From NCBI RefSeq assembly GCF_001194135.2, contig NC_068983.1, forward strand, positions 156,085,866 through 156,135,427: a DNA stretch of 49,562 bases, given 5' to 3'. Under the pieces are notes generated by a model. That model did not search any database and was not told where the DNA came from. It saw only the letters and a list, made by a program, of their open reading frames with translations. The stretch is from Octopus bimaculoides (taxonomy: Eukaryota). A program made the translations under genes and the position numbers. Of the stretch, positions 25,226 through 37,790 are shown piece by piece; position 1 is the stretch's first letter, and every line of letters begins with the position of its first letter.

Positions 25226-26244
25226 TGCCGTGTTTGCGATATATATATACGTATGTGTGTGCGCGCGCGCGCGCGTAGGTGTTAGCAAAGCTACATTTGC
25301 AATACGTAGTCTCCTGGCATTTCGATTTTGTTAACACTTTGTAGCGGAGTGCGATTTTAATTGTTGGTAGCAGTCTAAATTTAAATTCCCTCCACAATTT
25401 ATCAAATACAAAATTTAAATGATAAAAATAATAAATATTATAATTAAAGAGTTTCAAGCACAAACATTTATAGTTACATACTGAAAATTCCAAAAGTATT
25501 GCAAACGGTCTTTTATATGAAAGAAACAGCATCAACACCAACAAACTCAACAATTTAACTGCAGCTGTTTTTTTTTTCTTCTTCTTCTTTAGCGTAAAAC
25601 TGTTCATGAATCAGATCTAGAAGAAGAAAAACGGGTTATATCGCAATTATGAATGCCTTATTGGCTATGGTTGTTATCCGAGGAAGGGCAAGATACAGAA
25701 GAAACATCTCTGTTTCTTCTAATAAGATGTAGGATGCCCAGTGTACCTTGGAAAATGTTAATGACATCAAATAAAGAAGACCCAGTTCTCAACCATAGTG
25801 GGGAAAAGAAAGTTCTGAGCTAAAGGTTATTGGAGCTATGAGATTGCTTCATCCGGGTAATTTCTCACCCCGCGATGACTGTTTCTGTGTTTACTATATT
25901 TTTAACGTTGTCTATGCTCAAATTATTTCAGCTTATTGTTCATGTACAAACCTGCTTATTTTTGAAACATTTTGTATGTAACATGTCGTATTTCCTGTAG
26001 CCAGCTGTGTTGTTGTTATTATAGAGGGTGGTGCTTTGGCATAATTGCTGGGGAGCCAAAATGCTATACAGCATCTTCTCGTCGAGGCTATGTTTACTTT
26101 TCCTCCATTCAAAGACGAAAATCTACAGTACCAATATAATCTATTAACCACCTCTTTTAGAATATTCTGGGCATTGTTTTGTTTTAATAATAATAATGAT
26201 AATGATGATGATGATGATGATGATCATCATCATCATCATGATGA

Positions 26245-26810
26245 TTGCATCTCACTCCTCTGAAACTTCACCATTCAAACTGGCAGAAAGATAGATGCAA
26301 ATAGGCCAGACATCATACTGAAAGACTTCAGACAAAAATCATGCCTCCTCATTGATATGACTGTCCCAATCGATATAAACGTATCTGTCAAGACCTAGCA
26401 AAAACTGAGCAAGTATAAAGATATTGAAATAGAAATTAGAAAAATGTGGAACCTGAAGAGTAAAACAATACCTGTTGTCATAGGTGCCCTGGGAATGATA
26501 GCAAAAGGGGTTGATTGCTACCTAGCTCAGATAAAAGGAAGCCCCAAAATGGCAGAAATTCAAAAGATAGTGCTCATGGGAACTGCCCATATCCTACGTA
26601 AAATACTGTCTATGTGATCTCAAATTTTAAAACAAACACATAATTTTCTCATGGTTTCTTAAACATTCACTAGAACAAAACTGTACAAATCCAAATATAT
26701 GGTACCCTAGGCATAACACCTACATGAACTTCTAACTTGTTGTCTCTTGAGGTCTCTGGGTGAGACTTGGATCCAACTTGTACAAATGCAAAACAAAAGT
26801 CAAACATAAA
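26245..26810 (+). mobile_element. RLE non-LTR retrotransposon 3' end, family A (R4/Dong-like)
   Basis: TIQTGRKIDANRPDIILKDFRQKSCLLIDMTVPIDINVSVKT*QKLSKYKDIE...PVVIGALG...IQKIVLMGTAHILRKILSM* (stop 26615-26617). PD-(D/E)xK-type RLE motifs; followed by (AAT)n. Confidence 0.92.
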
Positions 26811-26892
26811 ATAATAATAATAATAATATGATCATGATGATGAGGAGGAAGAGGAAGGGGAAGGGAAGATATGAGTATAAAAAAATCAATAA

Positions 26893-26961
26893 AGAAGAAG
26901 AAGAAGAAGAAGAAGAAGAAGAAGAAGAAGAAGAAGAAGAAGAAGAAGAAGAAGAAGAAGA
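26893..26961. repeat. (GAA)n microsatellite
   Basis: Seen directly. Confidence 0.95.
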
Positions 26962-27771
26962 ATTTTACACTTTTATTTATCCACGTAGATAAATTGTAGG
27001 CATCATCCTTCAACTTAGTATAAAAGATAGAGTATATTTAGGCTTTTGAAAAACTGCGCAAAATAAAACAAACGGGTTAAAAAATGAAGTAGAGAAAGTA
27101 TGAGATACGTGTATTTAATAACCTCCATTAACAGAATGTTTGAAACTGACAGGAGAAATGCTCTTAGAGCATTCCGCGTCCCCTGCTCTCCTGAGACCAC
27201 TCATACAAGAACCTAATGTATCCGATGGCTTCTCTCAAATTACTCTACGTGTATTGACACAAGAAGTGATCATCTCCAACCTGTTCTTTGTACGCCGGAT
27301 TAGATATGTCAGATTATTGTGGAATTATGTTTGTAAAAATTACCTATTTCTGATTCCAATATTCCGGTCCCATTTAGAGCAGAGTAATTAAAATATCTAA
27401 GGGAAGTATATTGACTCATTATTCCATTTCTTTGCTTATAATGAAAGAAGTAAAACAAAATTGGTTGATTCACCCTCATCACTGCTTATTGCTGGTAGGA
27501 CACCGAAGTTGACATATTTTTCTTTAGATTTTGGATGTAAAAGTCTTCTTTTTGTTTTGAAAAGTTTAACGTTAAAGAATAATAGACAAAAATTCGAAGT
27601 TCTCCTTTGTGCTTGTGATATTTTCCCGAACAAGAGATACACAAATACCGAAATGATAACTTATAAAATCCCAACATTTTCAAGGTTTTACGAACTCAAA
27701 AATTTCATGATGCTCAAAAATTACGTGAAATATATTAGAGAAACAACAACAGCAATGCTAGCAGAAATAAT

Positions 27772-27990
27772 GATTTCAATTTTGACACAAGGCCAGCAGT
27801 TTCGAGAAAAGGGCTTAAGTAGTCGATTGCCTCTACCCCCAGAGTTCATATGGTGCTTATTTTATCGACCCGAAAAGTATGAAAGGCAAAGTCGACCTCG
27901 GCGGAATTTGAACTAGAACGTAAAACTGACGAAATACCGCTAAGCATTTTACCCGGCATGATTACGATTCTGCCAGCTCACCGTCTTCCT
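27772..27990 (-). mobile_element. SINE family 1
   Basis: gacacaaggccagc...gaaaggcaaagtcgacctcggcggaatttgaac...gattctgccagctcaccgtctt. Confidence 0.88.
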
Positions 27991-28145
27991 GCATGAATAA
28001 TTATCATGATAATTGTTTACAATTGAAGCAAAGGTGTTAGTTGATACAATTTGCCTTATTATTCCACTATCGAGGAGTAAAAAGAAAAAGTTAATCGCTG
28101 TTTGGATTTGAACTCGCATGGAACGTAAAGAGCTGTAACGGTGCT

Positions 28146-28686
28146 GAAGAAGAAGAAGAAGAAGAAGAAGAAGAAGAAGAAGAAGAAGAAGAAGAAGAAG
28201 AGGAGGAGGAGGAGAAGGAGAAGAAGAGGAGGAGGAGGAGAAAGAGAAGAAGAAGTAGAAGAAGAAGAAGANNNNNNNNNNNNNNNNNNNNNNNNNNNNN
28301 NNNNNNNNNNNNNNNNNNNNNNNNNNNNNNNNNNNNNNNNNNNNNNNNNNNNNNNNNNNNNNNNNNNNNNNNNNNNNNNNNNNNNNNNNNNNNNNNNNNN
28401 NNNNNNNNNNNNNNNNNNNNNNNNNNNNNNNNNNNNNNNNNNNNNNNNNNNNNNNNNNNNNNNNNNNNNNNNNNNNNNNNNNNNNNNNNNNNNNNNNNNN
28501 NNNNNNNNNNNNNNNNNNNNNNNNNNNNNNNNNNNNNNNNGAAGAAGAAGCGGAGGAGGAGAAGAAGAAAAAGAAGAAGAAGAGGAGGAGGTGGAGGAGG
28601 AGGAGAAGAAGAAGAAGAAGACGAAGAAGAAGAAGAAGAAGAAGAAGAAGAAGAAGAAGAAGAAGAAGAAGAAAAAGAAGAAGAAG
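28146..28686. repeat. (GAA)n/(GAG)n polypurine tract with internal gap
   Basis: Seen directly; produces the poly-K/E/F ORFs. Confidence 0.93.
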
Positions 28687-29373
28687 TCCACGATCAACAG
28701 CAACAACAAAACAACAACGATGACTGAAGAAGTCGAGAAAAATAAATATATGAAAAAGTTTATTGCAACAAATAAACGGAGGTGAATGCTATCATGTTTG
28801 TAATGTTATTCCGTTTTCGTCTAACTTGTAACGTAAGTAACTTAAATACGTTTATTTGTACAAAAGATGAGGAGTTCTTTTAGATAATAGATAATTGAAT
28901 ATACTAAAAGAATAGAAAAATCAAATAAGAGAAAGAAAATCCCAAAGCACAAGAAAATCAAGGAAAGAAAAAATACGAAATGTTATTAAGAAGCAAAGAG
29001 ATACGACTAAAAGCAAGGAGTTTAGAAAACAATCATCGTTTGAACATCTTTCAAGATTATCTAACTTGTAGAGAATGAAGTTAAATAAGCTGTTCCAAAA
29101 CTAAATCATTTCCCCATTTGAACAAAGGCGCAGAAAGCAAACCTCCACATATATACACAACAATATGTATGTATACCGATATCCAATTATGTATGTATAT
29201 ATGTACTCATGTATGTTCATCTATGCGACGTGCGTATATATATATATTCGTGTATATATATTTATGTGTGTGTGTGTATGCATGTGTGAGTGTACGTTTA
29301 CATTCGTTTGTACCTATACACATAAATATGTGATACATTTATAAATATATATTTGAATCTATCTGTTTATTTG

Positions 29374-29414
<41 letters not shown>

Positions 29415-30406
29415 NNNNNNNNNNNNNNNNNNNNNNNNNNNNNNNNNNNNNNNNNNNNNNNNNNNNNNNNNNNNNNNNNNNNNNNNNNNNNNNNNNNNNN
29501 NNNNNNNNNNNNNNNNNNNNNNNNNNNNNNNNNNNNNNNNNNNNNNNNNNNNNNNNNNNNNNNNNNNNNNNNNNNNNNNNNNNNNNNNNNNNNNNNNNNN
29601 NNNNNNNNNNNNNNNNNNNNNNNNNNNNNNNNNNNNNNNNNNNNNNNNNNNNNNNNNNNNNNNNNNNNNNNNNNNNATATATATATATATATATATATAC
29701 ATACATACGTCTGTTCTCAAACATACATTCTCGTACAAAGACACACATACATATTCAAACATACTTAACGTTAGTCAACCGTACGAAATCTTTAGGCATG
29801 AGAACATAATTTCGTTTTCCAACACTTAACACACTCACTACATGTGTCTGTTTGTATGTGTGTGTGTGTGTGAGTGTGTTTGTGTTCTCTGAAGAATACT
29901 TCCACGTAAATATATACAGATATCGCTGTGTTTCTTTGTTTGTCTATATCACTTTGACTGTGTGGATATATATGGGTCTTTGCGTGAGAAATGTTTTCTG
30001 CGCATATTTCTAAGTAATTGCGCAGATCTAATTCAAAGTTTTTATCTCATCACTTTCCTGGTGACCAAGAATGTTGTCTAATCTTTAACGAAGCAAAAAT
30101 TCAAGTTTGTCGTAAATGAGTGGAAAAAGTTATGAGATTACACACTATAGTTACACAATAGGCATAACATCATCTTCGAAAACTGTGTGTAATCTACAGT
30201 TATCATTACATATTCCCATCTCCTGTAACAACAATGAATATATATTCCTTAAGAAATATATTCATATTCATAGCCACACTCCCCAAAAATATACATAGAT
30301 ATATACAAACAAACGCATACACACACAGATGCAAACATACGTACACACATACATATAAGTGTGCGTGCTCGAATATACATTCATAGATAGATAGATAGAT
30401 AAATAA

Positions 30407-30461
<55 letters not shown>

Positions 30462-31029
30462 TACATAATTCCTTCATTAGCTTAGTAATATATAGATAGG
30501 CCATAATAAAGGCAGGTGGCATGAGAAGTGAATATATTTATTTAACCATTTATTATCCTAAGGATTACAGCTGTTTCGTAGCCTTCATCATGTAATGATA
30601 ATTTCAGTGTATAGTAGATAGATTTTTTTACATGTCTGCGTTATATATGCTACGCATTGTACTTTACTCTTGTATATCTACAAATTAAAGCGAATAAATA
30701 ATGATGTCATTAGATCAAGAGTACATCACTGCTACACCGATTACACCGATGCTTCAACTCTAAGTTATAAGAAATTCTCTCGTTCTCACTGTTCTTGTAT
30801 ATAAGATGAGGACTCTGTATTCACTGAAGAGAAATTTTCCAAGGCAGAAAGATTTCTACTAGTCAGCGCCAATGCGTCTCTACAACCATCTCACGATACT
30901 TATTTGTTCTTCTTCACACGAATGTTTTCAGCCTTCCTTTGTATGTTCGTACTTCGGAGGAGTACCGTGAATACAATTTGGCTGCTTGAACATTTGAAAG
31001 GTAAGGAAGTGAAAACATTATAACAATAA

Positions 31030-31069
<40 letters not shown>

Positions 31070-31309
31070 TTAGACAGCAAAACAAGGATGTTCACTGAGG
31101 AACATGAAGACGGAGAGACTTTCATTGTCATATATTTTCTTTTTATCTTTTAAATTTAGAATTCANNNNNNNNNNNNNNNNNNNNNNNNNNNNNNNNNNN
31201 NNNNNNNNNNNNNNNNNNNNNNNNNNNNNNNNNNNNNNNNNNNNNNNNNNNNNNNNNNNNNNNNNNNNNNNNNNNNNNNNNNNACCTAAGTTCACTGCAT
31301 CACAAGTTA

Positions 31310-31500
31310 TTTTTCTCCCCAGGCCCGCTTGTGCTTAACATTATCCCAAAACAAGTCAAGAAAGAAAAAGATCCCTTCACCTCCAAACGATACTTGGACA
31401 AAATTTCTTCAAGGGATACCAGACAAGCCATCTATACCAGGATACGTCTCAGTCAACAACTCCCAACTTCAATGGATCATGATGTAACAAAACTACTAAA
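31310..31500 (+). mobile_element. CR1/L2-type LINE extreme C-terminal remnant
   Basis: GPLVLNIIPKQVKKEKDPFTSKRYLDK, then with one frameshift FLQGIPDKPSIPGYVSVNNSQLQW, matching the GPxLFN...LDxFL..IPDxP..PGY terminus. Confidence 0.65.
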
Positions 31501-32854
31501 CACAGCCTCGGCCAATTTTTGGCCGAATCATATCGAAGTGTTTCTAAGTTTTAAGCCTTTACTCAGTTTGCTCAATTGGAAGCTCTTTCATGCTGAAAGA
31601 AATTCCAACAATGCTATACAAATTACAAATATTGTGAATCAAATCATGTGTACTAAGTCTTGTATTTAAAATCTTGGCTTTCTACGACCACATTATTCAA
31701 CTTGCTCATTCCTCTTTTTTCTTTTTTTTCTTTTTGATGGTAGAGATTTCATATTTGAAAGAGTGTTGGCTGCTATTTTAGCAAGTAGAACAACCATTTA
31801 GAGGCTCATTCTTAGCCCTGTGATGACCGATAAAAATAAATGATCAATCCATGACAATACGCGTTTTTTCAAGGCATAGTAAATATACGTTATTCAATAT
31901 GTGCTCCATTTTAATTTTAGAAAGTAGCCTGTGATTCGAAGGCTATTATATCTATGAAGCCGAAAACCTGCTTAGAGATTCCATTGTTGTCTCAACGGTT
32001 CTCAAACAAATAATGGGATGTGACACACAACCAACGAGTATACTACATCCAAGCCTAGGAAATGATCACTCTTACTAGCAGCGTGGTAGTTCTGGAAAGC
32101 TAGCGTCTTTAATGTTTAGCCTAGTTTTAAATGGCAGTTGTTGTTAGATCCAGGTCAAGAGGGAAGATTTATTTCTAAATAATCTCATTTTAGGAGCATA
32201 CAATATTACCCTCATTACTATGTCATTCCATGTTTAAGGTACTGGGACTGATACAAGGGAAGAATGGGTGCTATTTCTACCAAGACGATCGGCCTTGGAA
32301 AACATCCATTTTGGCCTTTGGGTTGTTGTGATAGCTGCAACCAATGTAGGCAAGAGTCGTACTGGTTAGTGTGCTTCATTTCCTATTCATCATTATATAT
32401 GAATATTTGCATGCATAACATTGGTAGTAATGACAAATTCTGGAGAGACTATTGATGTCGCTGTTTCACTGTATGAATGCTTGTGTTTGAGCTACAAAAA
32501 TATTGTTTTGTTGTTTCTTTTTGTATGCTAAAAACAGAAGAAGGGAAGAAGGTTATCATATATCTGAATTTGTTTTGATTTCATTTCGGATTTCATGAAT
32601 AACAACATTGTTGGTTATAGATGTCCTCCAAGCGACCAACCACTGGTTCATTGCATTTGGGATTTTCTACGCAATTCAAGTGGAAAAATTATCACAATGA
32701 ATATTCTTTGGAAAATACCAGTTTTGTTGATTTCCGGCGATGTTTACATTGATTGATGATACGCATTGGTGAATGATAAATATACACACATACACAGACA
32801 CATATATATTGATCTTCTCTCTCTCTCTCTCTCACTCTCTCTCTCTCTCTCTCC

Positions 32855-32902
<48 letters not shown>

Positions 32903-33540
32903 CACACGCATGTGTAATCTATGTAAATATATATAGAATGTGTGTGTGTGTGTTTGTCTATATATATACAGAGAGAGAGACAGAGAGAAAGTGAGAGAGA
33001 GAGATTGGGGCGACAAATTTTTTCAGTCACCTAAGGAATTATAATTCTGGAAAGTTTACTTTGTGGAGTTATTAGATTAGCTACGTACGTACTTGTGAAC
33101 TTTAAATTGACTGAAAGGAGTTCCAACCACGTTTCAGGTTCGCTGCCTGATCAGGCTTTTCTGTATAACATCCACTGGCTAAGGACATCATCAGGAGGAA
33201 CCACGTCTGGTTTCAGCCCATACTACCGTTTTCTATGCCTGTTTCAGGCTTTTCTGTAGTGCGAGCACTTTTGGAATATTTTGAAAAAACACTATGCGAT
33301 ATCTTATTTTAGCATTACCCAGGACAATTCTTTCAAACAATTTTGTGAAAATGTTTTAGTGCAAACTCAGTAAAAGTAGTCCAATAAGAATTAACCTACA
33401 AGAAACATTTCTTCAAAAAAAACTGGAATGAAAATGTCTTCATCCGAAATTATTCATCCAATAATTTCTTTAATTCGAAGGAAGAGAGAAAGGGCCCTAC
33501 ACCTGAGGAAAATAGTTGTTGATTTGATGATTTTTGTCTA

Positions 33541-34340
33541 CAGTGGAATATATGTTTAAAACATGACTATAACTGGAAGAAGAAAACAGGAGGGGAAAAG
33601 CCGCTTGGGAAGAGAAACGGAAGGCGAATAATGAAAGGCGAATGATTGCGTCCCGTGTACCAGCAGCTGGAGAAAAGGTAACGGCACGGAAGGTGAAGAA
33701 GAAAAGTAAAATAGATATGAATATCCGAACAGTTCAAAGAACGCTCAAAGACATTGGATAAGGCCAAGACGAAAATTCATTTCAGCAAAAAACATAAGAA
33801 GGCCAAGCTAGACTTCGCAAAATTATGGTCAACCACTTCTGTTGATTTTACTAAAGTAATTTTGACTGACCGGCGACAATTTAAGTTCGATGAAGACCGA
33901 CGGCTGTTGCTCTTGGTCAAAAGTACGACGAACCAGTGAAGCTGAACAAAAGGAAGATGGGCACATCTGGAGTCATGGTATGGGACACAGTCTTTCAAAG
34001 TGGATAAATTTGGTTAACATGGCTAAAAGGCAAGCAGAATAGCATGAGTTAAATCCATTTGAGGCAAAGAAGAAATACGAGAGAATTTTATCATCCAATA
34101 GGATAACTGCAGCATTCACGTATCAAAATCAACCAAGAAGTGGATGGAAGACATGAAAAGAAGTCAACTAGAATAGCTAATGAGAAATCCAGACTTGGAT
34201 ATAATTGAAAATACATGGGACATGTTGGCACAGCTTGTGTATGACGGACAAGAAATGACAAGTGAGGCCGGATTATGGAAATGGATTTTAGGAGCGAAAA
34301 GAACACTGACGGAAACAAAAAAGAAATGTTATAATGAACA
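33541..34340 (+). mobile_element. Tc1-like (DD34E) transposon remnant
   Basis: Starts TA-CAGTGG. Peptides RTVQRTL, KKHKKAKLDFAK, KVILTDRRQFKFD, GVMVW and DNCSIHVSKSTKKW...NPDLDIIENTW. I count 34 residues from D to E. Confidence 0.88.
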
Positions 34341-34345
34341 TGATA

Positions 34346-34754
34346 GGCGCAGGAGTGGCTGTGTGGTAAGTAGCTTGCCTACCAACCACATGGTTCCGGG
34401 TTCAGTCTCACTGCGTGGCATCTTGGGTAAGTGTCTTCTGCTATAGCCTCGGGCCGACCAAAGCCTTGTGAGTGGATTTGGTAGACGGAAACTGAAAGAA
34501 GCTCGTCGTATATATGTATATATATATATATNNNNNNNNNNGCGTCTGTGTTGTCCCCCTAGCATTGCTTGACAACCGATGCTGGTGTGTTTATGCCCCC
34601 GTCACTTAGCGGTTCGGCAAAAGTGACCGATAGAATAAGTACTAGGCTTACAAAGAATAAGTCCCGGGGTCAATTTGCTCGACTGAAGGCGGTGCTCCAG
34701 CATGGCCACAGTCAAATGACTGAAACAAATAAAAGAGTAAAAGAGTAAAGAGTA
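34346..34754 (+). mobile_element. tRNA-derived CORE-like SINE (family 2) with internal (TA)n
   Basis: Head ggcgcaggagtggctgtgtggtaag...gggttcagtc, CORE-like cttgggtaagtg, internal TA run plus gap, tail (gagtaaaa)n. Second copy at 39894. Confidence 0.88.
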
Positions 34755-35055
34755 TGATTGTCCAGTAAAACGAACGAATAGTGCAAGTGATCGAAAACAA
34801 ATGCAGCTATGCGGACTACTGAAGTTGAGTGGTAGAGTCCGAAAAATATTGTCACATGATTTGCATAAAACTTTCATGAAATACTACTTAAAATGTCGAC
34901 ATACGCGCTCAGGGAGTGCAATCACAAGAATATTATACACATGTCTACATTCTTTTACTTAGAAGTGTGTGTATCACTAAGTGTCAAAGTGGTGCGAGAG
35001 CATGTCCCCAATCAACTGTCTAAAGCAGGTAGAAGATAAGATAAATTTAAAAGCA

Positions 35056-35128
<73 letters not shown>

Positions 35129-35381
35129 CACTCATATACACACATATACATATATATATGTATCTATACAAGTGAATATACACGCATAAACTCACACACA
35201 CAAAGCTGATAATTTCCATATTTACCCCAGCTGATGAATTCCTTCACAGAGTATTTGCCATCACCAATCCAACGGAGACCATGTCCGAGGTGCACGCGTA
35301 GTGCACTTCGGTTTCCGAGCGAAATATTTAACTACATCACTAATGGTAATATACACCCATATGTAAATATATGCACTACTG

Positions 35382-35460
<79 letters not shown>

Positions 35461-35484
35461 TAATAATAATAATAATAACAACAA

Positions 35485-35868
35485 ATAATCTGCTTAATTT
35501 GTCTTGGTATAAAAGATGGGCTACAGCAAATATTCTGCTTAATACCACAGCCTTGCTTGTCAGCTGTTTGACCTTAACCAGTTGAGCATGTCCCTTGGTG
35601 GCTGACGATATGTGCATCTCTGACCATGAGCAGAAGTAGTGGGGGAGCATCATAGCCAGGTGTTCAGACGTATTATATTTGCGCTGTTTATCTTGATATG
35701 AGATCACCACGTCACGCACATATGGTTGTGATGCATGTGCCAGGTGTACCCTTATCAGACGGGTAGTCAATGATGGGTATACCGGGCTTCGTATATTTTT
35801 ACCCCAGCGTCACTTTGATGGCATGCACTGCTCTCTCACTCAATAATAATAATAATAATAATAATAAT
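35485..35868 (+). mobile_element. Non-coding interspersed repeat flanked by (AAT)n on both sides
   Basis: Homologous to 8228-8493. (CTA)n(AAT)n lies upstream and (AAT)n at 35842-35868 downstream. Confidence 0.82.
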
Positions 35869-35920
35869 GGTATAATAATAATAGTAATAAAATGTAATAG
35901 ATATATAAATAGCAGTAGTC

Positions 35921-35986
<66 letters not shown>

Positions 35987-36462
35987 TATTAACCGATTGT
36001 AATTATATTCATGAATACGATGACGATGATGACGACGATATATACTGATAGATTGTAAGTGAATACTTGATGTATAATTCGACCTATCCGCAGTTAAAAT
36101 ATTTTGGGTGAGATGTTTTTGACGAAGCCCTCTTCAGGAAAAATGTAGAAGTTAAGCACTGAATGACTGATAATGACTATCGATGACTTGAAAAGGGAAA
36201 AATATTATATAATATCTGATATTAAATTAGTTGTTTTTGTTTCCCCCCCCCCTTGAGTCTAGTGTATAATAGCATGGGAAATCATCAAACGTTACCGAAA
36301 ATACAATTTAATCTCGACACTCACTCATACACAGACGCACATGCATACACTCAGAAACACACTCATTGACATATACTCATATCCATGTATGTACATCACA
36401 CACACACGCAAACACACACACACACACAAACACACACTCACAGATACATACACACACACATA

Positions 36463-36507
<45 letters not shown>

Positions 36508-36699
36508 NNNNNNNNNNATATATATATATATATATAAAACAAAGCAGGAAACTGAAAATATTTTGGTATCATTTATTCCTCATTACGCGTGTTTCATTTG
36601 CTAATCCACATATTGGTCTGTAATAATGGAATAAGCAGATGTGTTTCAGAGGAAACTACTGGAATTTACCCTAGAAACAAGTGCTACCAGTTAAAGCTC

Positions 36700-37135
36700 T
36701 GTATACTGGAGGTTAGCAGGCTTATGGGGTTGCCAAATGGGAATGCGAGCTATTTCGGGGCCTTCCTTCCGATGCCATTATTGTGCACCGGCCTCCCTTA
36801 CTAAGATGAGGTGCGCTTGCTAGATCAACTAGTTACTAGACTTCATGCAATGTTATTCTAGCCATTGATCATCATCTCATTTGAACTAAATCTGGTGGGT
36901 TGTTTTCTCCACTGTAACCTGAATGTCATTCATGATTGTATTTGCTTTACTTTCAGTTAGGACTCCCAACAACACCCATCGCCCCATACTGTATCCAAAG
37001 CATCCTTTACATGCAACTTCGATTTGATAATGCTCTGCATTCCAGCCTGCGTCTTTACAATCCTCGAGGAGCTGTTACTACATTTATATACAGGATTCCC
37101 TCAATAAGTGCATACACATTCTAACAGAGGACAAC
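36700..37135 (-). mobile_element. RLE non-LTR retrotransposon 3' remnant, HERO-like
   Basis: QLLEDCKDAGWNAEHYQIEVACKGCFG...TVEKTTHQI*FK*DDDQWLE* resembles the C-terminal LxxEC..xGW...IEVGCRGF...WIW motif I recall for HERO elements. Confidence 0.6.
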
Positions 37136-37384
37136 TCACATAATTCACATTAATTTTTTTAGTTTAGATCCATTATGAATAATGAAGAAATCCAAACTAT
37201 CCTTTGAACAAAGGAAGCTTTTCCCAAAGTACTACGGTATGTCTGAAAACATAGTCGAAATTTAGATATTTTAGGAGGGAGTTACAATGAGATTCACCTA
37301 CGTGATTTACTGTCTTGAATAAGAGGTAAGTTTGAAGCTGATTAAACCATACTGTGCCTATCTTATATCCGAAAAGACGATCTA

Positions 37385-37790
37385 TGATTGTTCAGACGGT
37401 GCTTGAAAGGTGGCAGGAGGATGTGTTAATGTACAACAGCTTTTCGTTTGGTTTGCGGCAGGCCGTGTATGACGAGGAACGCAGGTCCAATGTAACGTTT
37501 GAAAAGTTAACACTGATAAGGTTGGTTTCAAATGTAATCATAAGGCCAAGGGAGCTAAGGAGCGTGCAAATTCAGGCCTTCCTAATCCTATCTTGTGCAT
37601 GCTCTTTAGCACCTCTAGAGATGGCTAAAGACTCTTCTCTGTATAGATAAAAAAAAGACTTTAAGGGAAGCTCTTCGATACGGTGTCCAGTATATACAAT
37701 TCTATGAGGTCCCAAATATCCGTGCTATCGAATGCTACCATCACCACATCGAAGGAGCCTATACGGTTAGTTTATTCGACCCAAGTCGAA
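37385..37790 (-). mobile_element. Penelope-like RT fragment (YRDD-type family)
   Basis: DVVMVAFDSTDIWDLIELYIL, LYREESLAI...DRIRK...GLMITFETNLISVNFSNVTLDL...RKPNEKLLYINTSS, a decayed form of DVxMGSFDGAE/GLYRDDGL/VNFLDVTLDL. Confidence 0.72.

Noticed and set aside
25261-25276. (GC)n run, a potential Z-DNA former
   Set aside because: Short, and part of a GT/GC compound microsatellite; nothing suggests function.
27461-27916. 151-aa plus-strand ORF
   Set aside because: Non-ATG start, no recognisable domain, and the last third reads through an antisense SINE.
31331-31669. 112-aa ORF after a strong polypyrimidine-AG acceptor
   Set aside because: The first half is better explained as a frameshifted CR1/L2 C-terminus.
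37274-37331. Acceptor and strong GTAAGT donor pair enclosing about 50 nt
   Set aside because: All three frames contain stops and there is no other support.
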